A DNA stretch of 32,000 bases from Phycisphaera mikurensis NBRC 102666 (GTDB lineage: Bacteria > Planctomycetota > Phycisphaerae > Phycisphaerales > Phycisphaeraceae): NCBI RefSeq assembly GCF_000284115.1, contig NC_017080.1, forward strand, positions 1,950,001-1,982,000. The letters run 5' to 3'. Position numbers and translations under genes: made by a program. The notes below the pieces were generated by a model that saw nothing but the letters and a program-made list of their open reading frames with translations, was not told the origin of the DNA and made no database searches. Shown here in pieces: positions 8,915-17,948 of this stretch. Position 1 is the first letter of the stretch; the number at the start of each line of letters is the position of its first letter.

Positions 8915-11176
8915 ATGGCCGGAACACACGCACACGCCGGGGGTTGGGGCGCTCTGAAGGGAACCGCGAGGCACGTCGGAGCGCAGAAGGGCAAGCTGCG
9001 CATCGCGTTGTCGATGCTCAAGCTCAACCAGGCCGACGGCTTCGACTGCCCCGGCTGCGCCTGGCCCGACCCGGCCGATCCCGGTGACCGCTCCGCCTTC
9101 GAGTTCTGCGAGAACGGCGCGAAGGCGGTCGCCTGGGAGGCCACGAAGAAGCGCTGCGACCCGGCCTTCTTCGCCAAGCACACCGTCGCCGAGCTGGATA
9201 CCTGGAGCGACCATCAGCTCGAGGCGGTGGGGCGGCTGACGCGGCCGATGCGGTACGACGCGGCGACCGACCGCTACGAGGAGCTGTCCTGGGACGACGC
9301 ATACCGCCGCGTCGGCGGCCGCCTCGCCGGCTTGAGCGATCCCGACCGCGGCGTCTTCTACACCTCCGGCCGCACCTCCAACGAGGCGGCCTTCCTCTAC
9401 CAGCTGCTCGGCCGACGCCTCGGGACGAACAACTTCCCCGACTGCTCGAACATGTGCCACGAGTCTTCCGGCGTGGCCATGGCCGCGTCCATCGGCGTGG
9501 GCAAGGGGACGGTGACGCTGGAGGACTTCGGCCTCGCCGACATGATCCTGGTGATCGGGCAGAACCCCGGGACCAACCACCCGCGCATGCTCACGGAGCT
9601 GGAGAAGGCCAGCCGCCGCGGCTGCTCGATCGTCTCGATCAACCCGATGCGCGAGCGGGCGATGCAGGGCTTCGTCCACCCGCAGCACGCGGTGGCGATG
9701 ACGCTGAACCGGCCGACGCCGATCGCCAGCGAATTCGTGCAGCCGGTGATCGGCGGCGACCTCGCGCTCTTCACCGGGCTGTGCAAGGCGGTGCTGGAGC
9801 TGCCCGAGGGAACGATCGACCGCGGCTTCATCGCCGCGCACACAATCGGTTTCGACGCGTTCGAAGCCGCCGTGAAGGCGGAGCCGTGGGAGGCGCTGGC
9901 GTTCCGCTCCGGCGTCGGCGTCGAGCGCATGCAGGAGCTCGGGCGGCTGTACGCGGGCCGGGAGCGGGTGATCGCCTGCTGGGCGATGGGCCTCACGCAG
10001 CAGCGCGACGCCGTGGCGACGATCCAGATGGTGCTCAACCTCCTGCTGGTGCGCGGCAACCTCGGCAGGCCGGGCGCCGGCGCCTGCCCCGTGCGCGGGC
10101 ACAGCAACGTGCAGGGCGACCGCACGATGGGCATCACCGAGCGGCCGCCGGCGGCGCTGCTCGGGAACCTCCAACGCCGCTTCGGCTTCCAGCCACCCGC
10201 CGAGCACGGGCTCGACGTCGTCGACTCCATCCACGCGATGGAGCGGGGCGAGGTGGACGTCTTCATCGGCCTCGGCGGCAACTTTGTCTCCGCCACGCCC
10301 GACACGGCCCGCACCTCGGCGGCGATGCGGAGAGTCGGCCTGACGGTGCACGTCTCGACGAAGCTCAACCGCTCCCACCTGGTCCACGGCACCGACGCCC
10401 TGATCCTGCCCTGCCTCGGCCGCACCGAGGCCGACGTCACCGCGGCGGGGCCGCAGGCTGTGAGCGTCGAGGACTCGATGTCGATGGTCCACCTCACCCG
10501 CGGGCGCAACCCGCCCGCCGACCCCGACCTGCCCGGCGAGCCGACGCTGGTCAGCCGCATCGCAGCCGCCGCCTTCGGCCCCGGCGATCCCGCGGACTGG
10601 AGCCGGTTCGGCGAGGATTACGCCGCGGTCCGCGACGCCATCGCCGACGTGATCCCGGGCTTCGAGCGCTTCAACCAGCGCCTGGCCGAGAACCCCGGCG
10701 GGTTCTGGCTCGGCAACAGCGCCGCCCGGCTGGAGTTCGAGAACCCCGAGCGGAAGGCCCGCTTCATCGTCGGTGAGACGCGGGCTCCATCCGTGCCCGA
10801 GGGTTGCCTGCGGCTGATGACCCTCCGCAGCCACGACCAGTACAACACCACCGTCTACGGCCTGAACGACCGCTACCGCGGGGTGAGCGGCAAGCGGGAC
10901 GTGCTGTTCGTCAACGCCGAGGACGCCGCGGGGCTCGGGCTCGCCGAGGGGGAGCGGGTGGACGTCCGGCGGGCGGCCGGGCCCGCGGACGGCGAGGCCG
11001 GCGAAGCGGAAATGCCGACGGTCCGCGGCTTCGAGCTCCTCTTCCACGACCTGCCCCGCGGCTGCTGCGCCGGCTACTTCCCCGAGCTCAACGCGCTGGT
11101 CTCCCTCGACTCCGTCGCCGTCGGCAGCAACACCCCCGTGAGCAAGCTGGTTCCGGTGCGGCTCTTCCCGTCCTAA
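8915..11176 (+). CDS. FdhF/YdeP-family molybdopterin oxidoreductase (formate dehydrogenase alpha-like)
   Basis: NQADGFDCPGCAWPDP, LSWDDAYRRVGG, YTSGRTSNEAAFLYQLLGRRLGTNNFPDCSNMCHESSG, LRLMTLRSHDQYNTTVYG. Start 8915 is preferred over 8855, which lies inside the palindrome. Confidence 0.9.
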   Translation: MAGTHAHAGGWGALKGTARHVGAQKGKLRIALSMLKLNQADGFDCPGCAWPDPADPGDRSAFEFCENGAKAVAWEATKKRCDPAFFAKHTVAELDTWSDHQLEAVGRLTRPMRYDAATDRYEELSWDDAYRRVGGRLAGLSDPDRGVFYTSGRTSNEAAFLYQLLGRRLGTNNFPDCSNMCHESSGVAMAASIGVGKGTVTLEDFGLADMILVIGQNPGTNHPRMLTELEKASRRGCSIVSINPMRERAMQGFVHPQHAVAMTLNRPTPIASEFVQPVIGGDLALFTGLCKAVLELPEGTIDRGFIAAHTIGFDAFEAAVKAEPWEALAFRSGVGVERMQELGRLYAGRERVIACWAMGLTQQRDAVATIQMVLNLLLVRGNLGRPGAGACPVRGHSNVQGDRTMGITERPPAALLGNLQRRFGFQPPAEHGLDVVDSIHAMERGEVDVFIGLGGNFVSATPDTARTSAAMRRVGLTVHVSTKLNRSHLVHGTDALILPCLGRTEADVTAAGPQAVSVEDSMSMVHLTRGRNPPADPDLPGEPTLVSRIAAAAFGPGDPADWSRFGEDYAAVRDAIADVIPGFERFNQRLAENPGGFWLGNSAARLEFENPERKARFIVGETRAPSVPEGCLRLMTLRSHDQYNTTVYGLNDRYRGVSGKRDVLFVNAEDAAGLGLAEGERVDVRRAAGPADGEAGEAEMPTVRGFELLFHDLPRGCCAGYFPELNALVSLDSVAVGSNTPVSKLVPVRLFPS

Positions 11177-11184
11177 GCGCGGCC

Positions 11185-12003
11185 GTGGCCGACGCCCTCA
11201 CCGAGCCCGTCCGCGTCCTCCGCCTCGGGTGCGGCGTCGCCGCCGAGGCCACCGACGCCGTCGCCCGCGAGGAGCCGCTGGAGATCCGCCTCGACAACGA
11301 AGCCGTCGCCGTCACGATGCGGACCCCCGGCCCGCCCGGGAGCGACGAGGAGCTCGCGGCCGGGATGCTGCTGGCCGAGGGACTGATCGACCACCGCGAC
11401 CAGCTCGCGGGCCTCGCTCCCTGCGCCCGCTCCGCTTCCGGCTCGGTCCTCAACGCGTACTCCGCCGCCGGCCACACGCCGGATCGCTCTCGCCTCGCGC
11501 GGCGCGGCCCGGTCGCCGCCTCCTGCGGCGTCTGCGGCAAAGCGAGCATCGAGGCGATCCACCGCTCGATACCGCCGCTGCCGCCCAGCGGCGGGAGCGT
11601 CACCGCCTCCGCGCTCGCCGGTTTCCCCGCCCGCCTCGCCGAGCGGCAGCCCGGCTTCGCCGCCACCGGCGGCGTGCACGCGGCGGGCCTCTTCTTCCCC
11701 GGCGGCGACGCGATCGTCCGCGAGGACGTCGGCCGCCACAACGCCGTCGACCGGGTGCTCGGCCACGCCCTGCTCGACGGCCGCGACAACGCGGACGCGG
11801 TGCTCTTCGAGTCCGGCCGCGTCTCCTTCGAGATCGTCCAGAAGGCCCTCGCCTCCCGTGTCCGCGTCCTGGCCGCTGTTGGCCCGCCCACCTCCCTCGC
11901 CGTCGAGTTCGCGGCCGACAGCGGCATCACCCTCGTCGGCTTCCTGCGCAGAGACCGGATGAACGTCTACACGCACACTCATCGCGTCGAGCCCGCGGGA
12001 TGA
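11185..12003 (+). CDS. fdhD: Formate dehydrogenase accessory sulfurtransferase FdhD (GTG start)
   Basis: EEPLEIRLDNEAVAVTMRTPG, DEELAAGMLLAEGLI, ASCGVCGKASIEA, GGVHAAGLF, REDVGRHNAVDRVLG, SGRVSFEIVQKA. Confidence 0.93.
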   Translation: MADALTEPVRVLRLGCGVAAEATDAVAREEPLEIRLDNEAVAVTMRTPGPPGSDEELAAGMLLAEGLIDHRDQLAGLAPCARSASGSVLNAYSAAGHTPDRSRLARRGPVAASCGVCGKASIEAIHRSIPPLPPSGGSVTASALAGFPARLAERQPGFAATGGVHAAGLFFPGGDAIVREDVGRHNAVDRVLGHALLDGRDNADAVLFESGRVSFEIVQKALASRVRVLAAVGPPTSLAVEFAADSGITLVGFLRRDRMNVYTHTHRVEPAG

Positions 12004-12108
12004 GAGCGGCCCCAGCGGGCCGCCGCCGCCCCGGGCCGCGGCCCCCGCGTCCCGCGTGAGGCCGGCCACGAACGACATCCCGAGGCAACGCCGCCGGAGG
12101 CGAGGGAT

Positions 12109-12154
12109 CCGCGGACCGCCCCGGGATCGGCCGCCTCCAAGCCGCGGTCCGCGG
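12109..12154. terminator. Inverted repeat in a convergent intergenic region, possible bidirectional terminator
   Basis: ccgcggaccg (12109-12118) / cggtccgcgg (12145-12154), perfect 10-bp arms, between fdhD(+) and the epimerase(-). No T-tract. Confidence 0.35.
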
Positions 12155-12161
12155 CTTCCGC

Positions 12162-13016
12162 TCAGGCCGGGTCCCGCCAGCGCGAGCCGGGATCGAAGCC
12201 GAGCAGGCGGCGGGCCTTCTCGATCGACAGCAGCGTCGCGTTGCCTCCGGCCCCGGCCCGGCGGGGGACGCCGGGGAAGAAGGCGTCGAGCAGCTCGGCG
12301 TTGCCGCTGCGCATCACGGTGTCGGCGTTGGCGATCACGAACACCTCGGCGCCCGTGAATTCGGCCCCGAGCGCCAGCCGCACCGCCTCGGCCGCGTCGC
12401 GGCCGTCGATGTAGCCCCAGAGGTTCCACTTCCGCTTCGCCGGGTCGTCCTCGAAGCCGGCGAAGCGGTCGTAGTCGCCGGGCTCCATCACGTTGCTCAG
12501 GCGGAGACCCACGATCTTCAGCTCCGGGTCCCACCGGCAGAACTGCTCGGCCATCGTCTCGCCGAGCAGCTTCGAGAGGGCGTAGGCCGACTCGGGCCGG
12601 GGCGCCGCGTCCGGACCCAGCGGCACGTGCGGCGGGGGCGTGTCGAAGGGCAGGCCGAGCACCGTCTCGCTGCTCGCCCAGACGATGTTCTTGATGCCCA
12701 GCACCCGGCAGGCCTCGAACACGTTGTAGGTCGAGGCGGTGTTGTTGTGGAACGTCTCGGCGTTGGTGGCCAGGCCCGGGGCGGGGATCGCGGCGAGGTG
12801 CACGACGCCGGCGACGCCGCCGCGGATCCGGCCGTCGACCGACGAGAGGGCGGCGATCGCCTGGCCGAAGTCGCCGAGCTCCGCTCGCACGAACGGCACG
12901 CCGGGATCTCCGGCAGGCGCCGCCCGGTCCACGTTGACCACCTCGTGTCCGTGCGCCCGCAGGTGCTCCACGCACGCCCGCCCCGCCTTTCCGCTGCCGC
13001 CGGTGACGATGATCAT
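12162..13016 (-). CDS. NAD(P)-dependent epimerase/dehydratase (SDR family)
   Basis: MIIVTGGSGKAGRACVEHL Rossmann motif, VVHLAAIPAPG, YALSKLLGE (YxxxK). Confidence 0.88.
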   Translation of the reverse strand: MIIVTGGSGKAGRACVEHLRAHGHEVVNVDRAAPAGDPGVPFVRAELGDFGQAIAALSSVDGRIRGGVAGVVHLAAIPAPGLATNAETFHNNTASTYNVFEACRVLGIKNIVWASSETVLGLPFDTPPPHVPLGPDAAPRPESAYALSKLLGETMAEQFCRWDPELKIVGLRLSNVMEPGDYDRFAGFEDDPAKRKWNLWGYIDGRDAAEAVRLALGAEFTGAEVFVIANADTVMRSGNAELLDAFFPGVPRRAGAGGNATLLSIEKARRLLGFDPGSRWRDPA

Positions 13017-13022
13017 GGGCCG

Positions 13023-13028
13023 AGGCTA
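13023..13028 (-). promoter_or_regulatory. Putative -10 box TAGCCT, 6 nt upstream of ATG 13016
   Basis: On the minus strand TAGCCT-cggccc-ATG. Confidence 0.4.
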
Positions 13029-13188
13029 CGAGCCGCCCGATGCGTGGCGTGCGCGGGAACCGCGGCCTGCGGCCCGCGGGCCGGGCGGCCGCGCAGTTCC
13101 CGAGCGTCTCCGGCTAAGGTCGGCGGCCTCCGCTGCAGCGGGGCCCCTCGCACCCGGAACGCCCGCCCGCCCGCCGGGCAGATCAGCC

Positions 13189-14475
13189 ATGCCGTACGAC
13201 CTGAAGCCGCTGGACGTCGACGCCGAGACGACGCCTTACGTAGACACCGAGGGCTGGGGCGCGGGCGGCGACCGCTGGGCGCTGAACTTCGGGCCCCAGC
13301 ACCCCGCGACGCACACCACGCTTCGCATCGTGATGGAGCTCGACGGCGAGCGCGTCGTCCGCGCGGTGCCGCACATCGGCTACCTGCACTCGGGTTTCGA
13401 GAAGCTGGCCGAGGCGCTGGACTACAACCAGTACGTGACCATCGCGTCGCGGATGAACTACGTCTCGCCGATCGTCAACGACATCTCCTGGCACCACGCC
13501 GCCGAGAAGCTCTTCGACGTCGACATCACCCCGCGCTGCAAGGCCGTCCGGACGATCCTCGGCGAGCTGGGCCGGATCCAGGACCACCTGCTCTGCGTGG
13601 GCGCCTCCGCGCTGGACCTGGGGGCCTTCACCGGCTTCATCTACGGGTTCAACGAACGCGAGGGCATCATGGACGTGATGGACTACCTCGCGGGGCAGAG
13701 GTTCCATCCGGACTGGACCCGCCTGGGCGGGGCCATGGCCGACCTGCCCGACGAGGCCACGTTCATCAAGCTCGTCAAGCGGGTGATCCACGAGCTGCTG
13801 CCCCCGGCGATCGACGACCTCGAGGGTCTGCTTAACAAGAACCGCATCTTCCGCGACCGGACCGAGGGCATCGGCGCCGTGACCCACGACGAAGCCATCG
13901 CGTGGAGCTTGAGCGGCCCGGTCGCCCGCGCCAGCGGCGTGAAGCGCGACGTCCGCAAGGACGAGCCCTACCTCTGCTTCGCTGACAACTGGGACGGCCA
14001 GGGGGCCGAGCCCGTGACCTTCAAGGTCCCGCTGGCGACCACCGGCGACGTCTTCGGCCGCTACCTCGTGCGGCTCGAGGAGATCCGCCAGAGCATCCAC
14101 ATCATCGAGCAGCTGATCGACCGCATCCCCGGCGGACCGATGAACACGTGGGCGGACGGGAAGATGGCCAAGCCGAGCAAGAGCGAGGTCTACGGCAGCA
14201 TCGAGGGCCTCATCGAGCACTTCGAGCTGGTGATGACCAATCGCAAGTGGAAGGCCCCGATCAACGAGACCTACGCCTGCATCGAGAGCCCCAACGGCCA
14301 GCACGGCTTCTACCTCGTCGCCGACGGCGGGCCGACGCCCTGGCGGGCCAAGCACCGACCCTGCTCCTTCGTGCACTTCGCGGCCTTCGGGAAGATGCTC
14401 GAAGGGCACCTGCTGGCGGACGCGGTGGCGATCCTGGGCAGCCTCAACGTGATCGCGGCGGAGCTGGACCGGTGA
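13189..14475 (+). CDS. nuoD: NADH-quinone oxidoreductase subunit D
   Basis: LNFGPQHPATHTTLRIVMELDGERVVRAVPHIGYLHSGFEKLAE, RVYVSPIVND-like region, GGMADLPDE, C-terminal FGKMLEGHLLADAVAILGSLNVIAAELDR. Confidence 0.95.
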   Translation: MPYDLKPLDVDAETTPYVDTEGWGAGGDRWALNFGPQHPATHTTLRIVMELDGERVVRAVPHIGYLHSGFEKLAEALDYNQYVTIASRMNYVSPIVNDISWHHAAEKLFDVDITPRCKAVRTILGELGRIQDHLLCVGASALDLGAFTGFIYGFNEREGIMDVMDYLAGQRFHPDWTRLGGAMADLPDEATFIKLVKRVIHELLPPAIDDLEGLLNKNRIFRDRTEGIGAVTHDEAIAWSLSGPVARASGVKRDVRKDEPYLCFADNWDGQGAEPVTFKVPLATTGDVFGRYLVRLEEIRQSIHIIEQLIDRIPGGPMNTWADGKMAKPSKSEVYGSIEGLIEHFELVMTNRKWKAPINETYACIESPNGQHGFYLVADGGPTPWRAKHRPCSFVHFAAFGKMLEGHLLADAVAILGSLNVIAAELDR

Positions 14476-14501
14476 GGGTTGCTGGTCGGTCGGGGTTAGG
14501 T

Positions 14502-14507
14502 TAGGAT
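14502..14507 (+). promoter_or_regulatory. Putative -10 box TAGGAT, 6 nt upstream of ATG 14514 (TTGCTG 17 bp further upstream)
   Basis: TTGCTG-17 nt-TAGGAT-cggagc-ATG. Confidence 0.45.
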
Positions 14508-14513
14508 CGGAGC

Positions 14514-14765
14514 ATGTCGGGAGTGGACCTCAAGAGCGAGCTGAACAAGCAACCGTTCCAGCCGATCCAGGTCGTGCTCAGCAGCGGCGACCGGCACCCG
14601 ATCCGGCACCCCGAGTTCGCGATCTTCACCGACTACAACTCGGTGTACGTTTTCGATTCCGACAAGAGCCCTCAGGAGGAGCCTCATCCGGACACCCGCG
14701 GGCCAGTGATCCTTAGCATCTCGCAGATCGTCGCGGTGGAGCCTCTCAGCCAGACCGCGGCCTGA
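14514..14765 (+). CDS. Small hypothetical protein (83 aa) between nuoD and nuoE
   Basis: Complete ORF with typical composition (MSGVDLKSELNKQPFQPIQVVLSSGDRHPIRHPEFAIF...), same direction, own -10-like box. Confidence 0.6.
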   Translation: MSGVDLKSELNKQPFQPIQVVLSSGDRHPIRHPEFAIFTDYNSVYVFDSDKSPQEEPHPDTRGPVILSISQIVAVEPLSQTAA

Positions 14766-14797
14766 ATGCACGTTCCTCAGTCCCGCGACGCGAAACC

Positions 14798-15334
14798 ATG
14801 GCCTGGCTAACCAAACCCTCCGGCCGCCAAGCTCTCGAGCGGCGCAGCGAACCGTACCTGTCCGACGGGCTGAAGCAGAAGGTCGAGGAGCGGTACGCCC
14901 ACCGCTACCCGACGCGGCGGGCGATGGCGCTGCCGGTGCTTCACGCGATCCAGCACGAGCACAACTGGCTGCCCTACCAGGCGATCGAGGAGGCGGCGGA
15001 GTTCCTCGAGATCCAGCCCTCGGAGCTGCTCGACACGGCCACCTTCTACGAGGAGTTTTTCACGCAGCCGCGCGGCAAGCACACGGTGTGGGTGTGCCAG
15101 TCGGTGAGCTGCGAGGTGATGGGCGAGGCGGCGATCACCGAGTCGATCGCCGACGCCCTGAACATCGACCCCGGCGAGACCACCGACGACGACCAGGTGA
15201 CGCTGCTGAAGGTCGAGTGCATTGGCGCCTGCGGCGCCGCCCCGGTCGCGCTCGTCGACGAGGAGCTGCACGAGAACCTCACCCCCGCGTCCGCCGCGGA
15301 GCTTGCCCGCGGACTCGCGAAGAAGGGCGATTGA
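14798..15334 (+). CDS. nuoE: NADH-quinone oxidoreductase subunit E (2Fe-2S thioredoxin-like)
   Basis: ALPVLHAIQHEHNWLPYQAIEEAAEFL, TATFYEEFFTQPRGKHTVWVCQSVSCEVMG, ECIGACGAAPVALVDEELHENLTP. Confidence 0.93.
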   Translation: MAWLTKPSGRQALERRSEPYLSDGLKQKVEERYAHRYPTRRAMALPVLHAIQHEHNWLPYQAIEEAAEFLEIQPSELLDTATFYEEFFTQPRGKHTVWVCQSVSCEVMGEAAITESIADALNIDPGETTDDDQVTLLKVECIGACGAAPVALVDEELHENLTPASAAELARGLAKKGD

Positions 15335-15336
15335 GC

Positions 15337-15546
15337 GTGGCACCGCCGCCGCGCACCGGTTGGTTCCAGAAGCTCTGCCGCCAGGCCGGCCTCGCCATCC
15401 ACCACGCGACCACCCCGACGGAGAAGGCGGACGAACAGCCGAAGGTCCTGTTGCGACGCACCACGATCATCGAGGAGGTGGAGGTTCCGGCGGCTACGGT
15501 GGATGAAGAGGTTGAATTGCCTGGCCGCCGCTCGGTGCGGATGTGA
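15337..15546 (+). CDS. Small hypothetical protein (69 aa, GTG start) directly after nuoE
   Basis: VAPPPRTGWFQKLCRQAGLAIHHATTPTEKADEQPKVLLRRTTIIEEVEVPAATVDEEVELPGRRSVRM; begins 3 nt after the nuoE stop. Confidence 0.4.
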   Translation: MAPPPRTGWFQKLCRQAGLAIHHATTPTEKADEQPKVLLRRTTIIEEVEVPAATVDEEVELPGRRSVRM

Positions 15547-15630
15547 GAGTCAGCGGGTTCTCCGTTGGGGGTTGAACCCGAGGTACGCTCAGCAGCGCTG
15601 CGGTTTCAATTCCTCCGGCCCTGCTGCGCC

Positions 15631-17133
15631 ATGCTCCTTCGCCTTGAGATCGACGGTTTCGAAAACCTACACGGCGTGGATCTGCGTTTTGGTCCATTCT
15701 CTTGCATCGCCGGTGGGAACGGCGTGGGCAAATCCAACGTCTTCGACGCGGTCCTCTTCCTGGGTCTGCTCGCCCGGAAGCCGCTGGCTGAAGCGGCTGC
15801 CTCCGTCCGCAATATCGTCGGTCGCCGCGGAGACGCTTCGGGCTTGTTCCGCAAGCGGAGCGACGGCGGTGTTGAGCCGATGCGGCTTGCTGCGACGGTG
15901 TTGGTGGCACCCAGGGGTCGCGACGAACTGATGCAGGAGGTGGAGGCAAGCAGCACCTTGCTGCGGTACCAGCTCGACCTCAGGCTGCGGGATGAGGCCA
16001 CCGAGTCCGGTCCGATCGAGATCCTCGGGGAGTCGCTGGAGCAGATCAACAAGGGCAAGGCCGCCGCAGCGATCGCGTTCCCACACTCCGCCAGCGTCTG
16101 GCGGGAACCGCTGGTGGTTTCCAAGCGGCGCTCACCCAACGGGTTCTTGCGAACCGAGGTTGACGCCGATGGCCGGCGGACCATCTGGATTGGACAAGAC
16201 GGCAACGCCGGCCGCCCCCAGCAACGGCTGGCTGAGCCGCTGCCGCGGACGGTGCTATCCACCGTCAACGCCGCCAATAGCCCCACGGGGGTGCTTGCGC
16301 AATCGGAGATGTCGAGTTGGAGCGTTCTACAATTTGAGCCCACCGCCCTGCGTAGCCCCGATGGCTTTCACGACCCATCGCGGATCGGGCCCGACGGGGC
16401 TCACGTGCCCGCGACGCTGCACCGCCTCCTGCACGCCGCCGGCGACCGGGAGCATCGCGAGGCCGTCCGGCAGCGAATCATCAATCGGCTACGCGGGCTG
16501 GTGCAGACCGTGGAGCGGCTGGACGTGGACCGTGATGAGAAGCGGGAGTTGCTCACGCTGATGGGCACCATGCGCGATGGGACTGCCTTCTCGGCACGCG
16601 CCCTCTCCGATGGCACCCTCCGCTTCTTGGCCCTGGCTGTGCTCGAAGAGGCTTCGCAGGACGGCGTCTTCTGCCTGGAGGAACCTGAGAACGGCGTCTT
16701 CCCGGACCAGATCCCGAGGATGATCGAGCTCTTGCAGGACATCGCCTTGGATCCAAACGAAGCCCCAGGCGACGATAACCCCCTGCGGCAGGTGATCATC
16801 AATATCCATTCGCCCTCGGTTGTCGCTCAGATCCCTGACAGTGCGTTGATCCTCGCGCAGGCGGTCGATCCGATGCTCACGCAGGCCGATCCTGCCGTCG
16901 GAGACGTCCGCTTCCTCGGCCTCAGCGACACGTGGCGTACCAAGCGTGGCGGACCCACCATGCGTAGAGCCGACCTTGCCGCGTACCTGGACCCCCTGGG
17001 GCACGCTCCCGACGCCCGAGACTTCGCACCCGCCGGCGCCAAGCCGATCCGCCGCGTGCGGGACAGGGAAGACCTCCAGCAGATGTACCTCTTTTCGGGC
17101 GGTGGCGCGAGCGAGAGCGGCGGCCCGGCGTGA
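15631..17133 (+). CDS. RecF/OLD-type AAA (ABC/SMC-like) ATPase, candidate defence-system effector/sensor ATPase
   Basis: LRLEIDGFENLHGVDLRFG, Walker A GGNGVGKSNVFDA, signature LSDGTLRFLALAVLEE, Walker B GVFCLEEPENGVFP, switch VIINIHSPSVVAQ. No Toprim domain appended. Confidence 0.88.
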   Translation: MLLRLEIDGFENLHGVDLRFGPFSCIAGGNGVGKSNVFDAVLFLGLLARKPLAEAAASVRNIVGRRGDASGLFRKRSDGGVEPMRLAATVLVAPRGRDELMQEVEASSTLLRYQLDLRLRDEATESGPIEILGESLEQINKGKAAAAIAFPHSASVWREPLVVSKRRSPNGFLRTEVDADGRRTIWIGQDGNAGRPQQRLAEPLPRTVLSTVNAANSPTGVLAQSEMSSWSVLQFEPTALRSPDGFHDPSRIGPDGAHVPATLHRLLHAAGDREHREAVRQRIINRLRGLVQTVERLDVDRDEKRELLTLMGTMRDGTAFSARALSDGTLRFLALAVLEEASQDGVFCLEEPENGVFPDQIPRMIELLQDIALDPNEAPGDDNPLRQVIINIHSPSVVAQIPDSALILAQAVDPMLTQADPAVGDVRFLGLSDTWRTKRGGPTMRRADLAAYLDPLGHAPDARDFAPAGAKPIRRVRDREDLQQMYLFSGGGASESGGPA

Positions 17134-17768
17134 GCCGCGTCTTCGCCTACACGCTTGTCGCTGATGGCAGCTCCGCTGCGATGCTCCGCCCGGTGCTGGA
17201 TTGGTTGATCTGCGATGCCTCCGGAGGTGCGGCCACCCCCAGCGGGAGCCTCTTCGATCCCAGGCGGCTCAGGCGAAGCCTCACGAAGCTGAGCGACCAT
17301 GTGGCCGCCGCGGCCGAAGACGCAGCCGGGAGCGTGCTCTTCGTGCACCGCGACGCAGAGCAGGCTGACCTCGCCACACGCGTCGAGGAGATTGAGCGAG
17401 CCGCCGCGGGGGTGAGCGGGGGTGTGGTCCCGGTCGTTCCAGTCCGCATGAGTGAGGCGTGGCTGCTCTTCGATGAGCAGGCCATCCGCACCGCCGCCGG
17501 CAACCCGGCGGGCCGGAAGCGGCTCGCGCTGCCGGCCGCGAAGAAGTGGGACGCATTGCCCGACCCCAAAGAAGCCCTTTACGGCTTGATCCGCGAGGCG
17601 TCGGAATTGAGCGGGCGCCGCCTCAAGAAGCTCAACTACGGCGAGGCTCGCGCAGAGGTAGCGCGGCTTATCGAAGATTTTTCGCCGCTGCGCAGCCTGC
17701 CCGCGTTTGAAGAGCTGCGTACGCGCGTCCAGCAGCGCCTGGCCGCGGGGGGCTATGCCGGAGCTTGA
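17130..17768 (+). CDS. DUF4276/Toprim-like small protein, partner of the upstream ATPase
   Basis: FAYTLVADGSSAAML, VLFVHRDAEQAD, VPVVPVRMSEAWLLFDEQAIRTAAGNPAG, LPDPKEALYGLI; GTG start overlaps the ATPase stop (GTGA). Confidence 0.65.
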   Translation: MSRVFAYTLVADGSSAAMLRPVLDWLICDASGGAATPSGSLFDPRRLRRSLTKLSDHVAAAAEDAAGSVLFVHRDAEQADLATRVEEIERAAAGVSGGVVPVVPVRMSEAWLLFDEQAIRTAAGNPAGRKRLALPAAKKWDALPDPKEALYGLIREASELSGRRLKKLNYGEARAEVARLIEDFSPLRSLPAFEELRTRVQQRLAAGGYAGA

Positions 17769-17948
17769 AACTGCCGGAGCTGCTTGTGGTCGCTCGCCGC
17801 TTCGCCGCGGAGGGAGGCTTCGCGCGTCCTGAGTTCACCGGCTACCCCCGCGGGCGGCTCAGGCCGATCACCCGGAACGTCCGGAGCCCGCGGCACGCGT
17901 CGTGTCGTCCTACGATTCAGCCGCATTCCTCCTCCGCCAGAGACCTTG

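Noticed and set aside
8831-11047. 738-aa minus-strand ORF
   Set aside because: Antisense shadow of the FdhF-like gene; low-complexity Ala/Val/His composition and no recognisable motifs.
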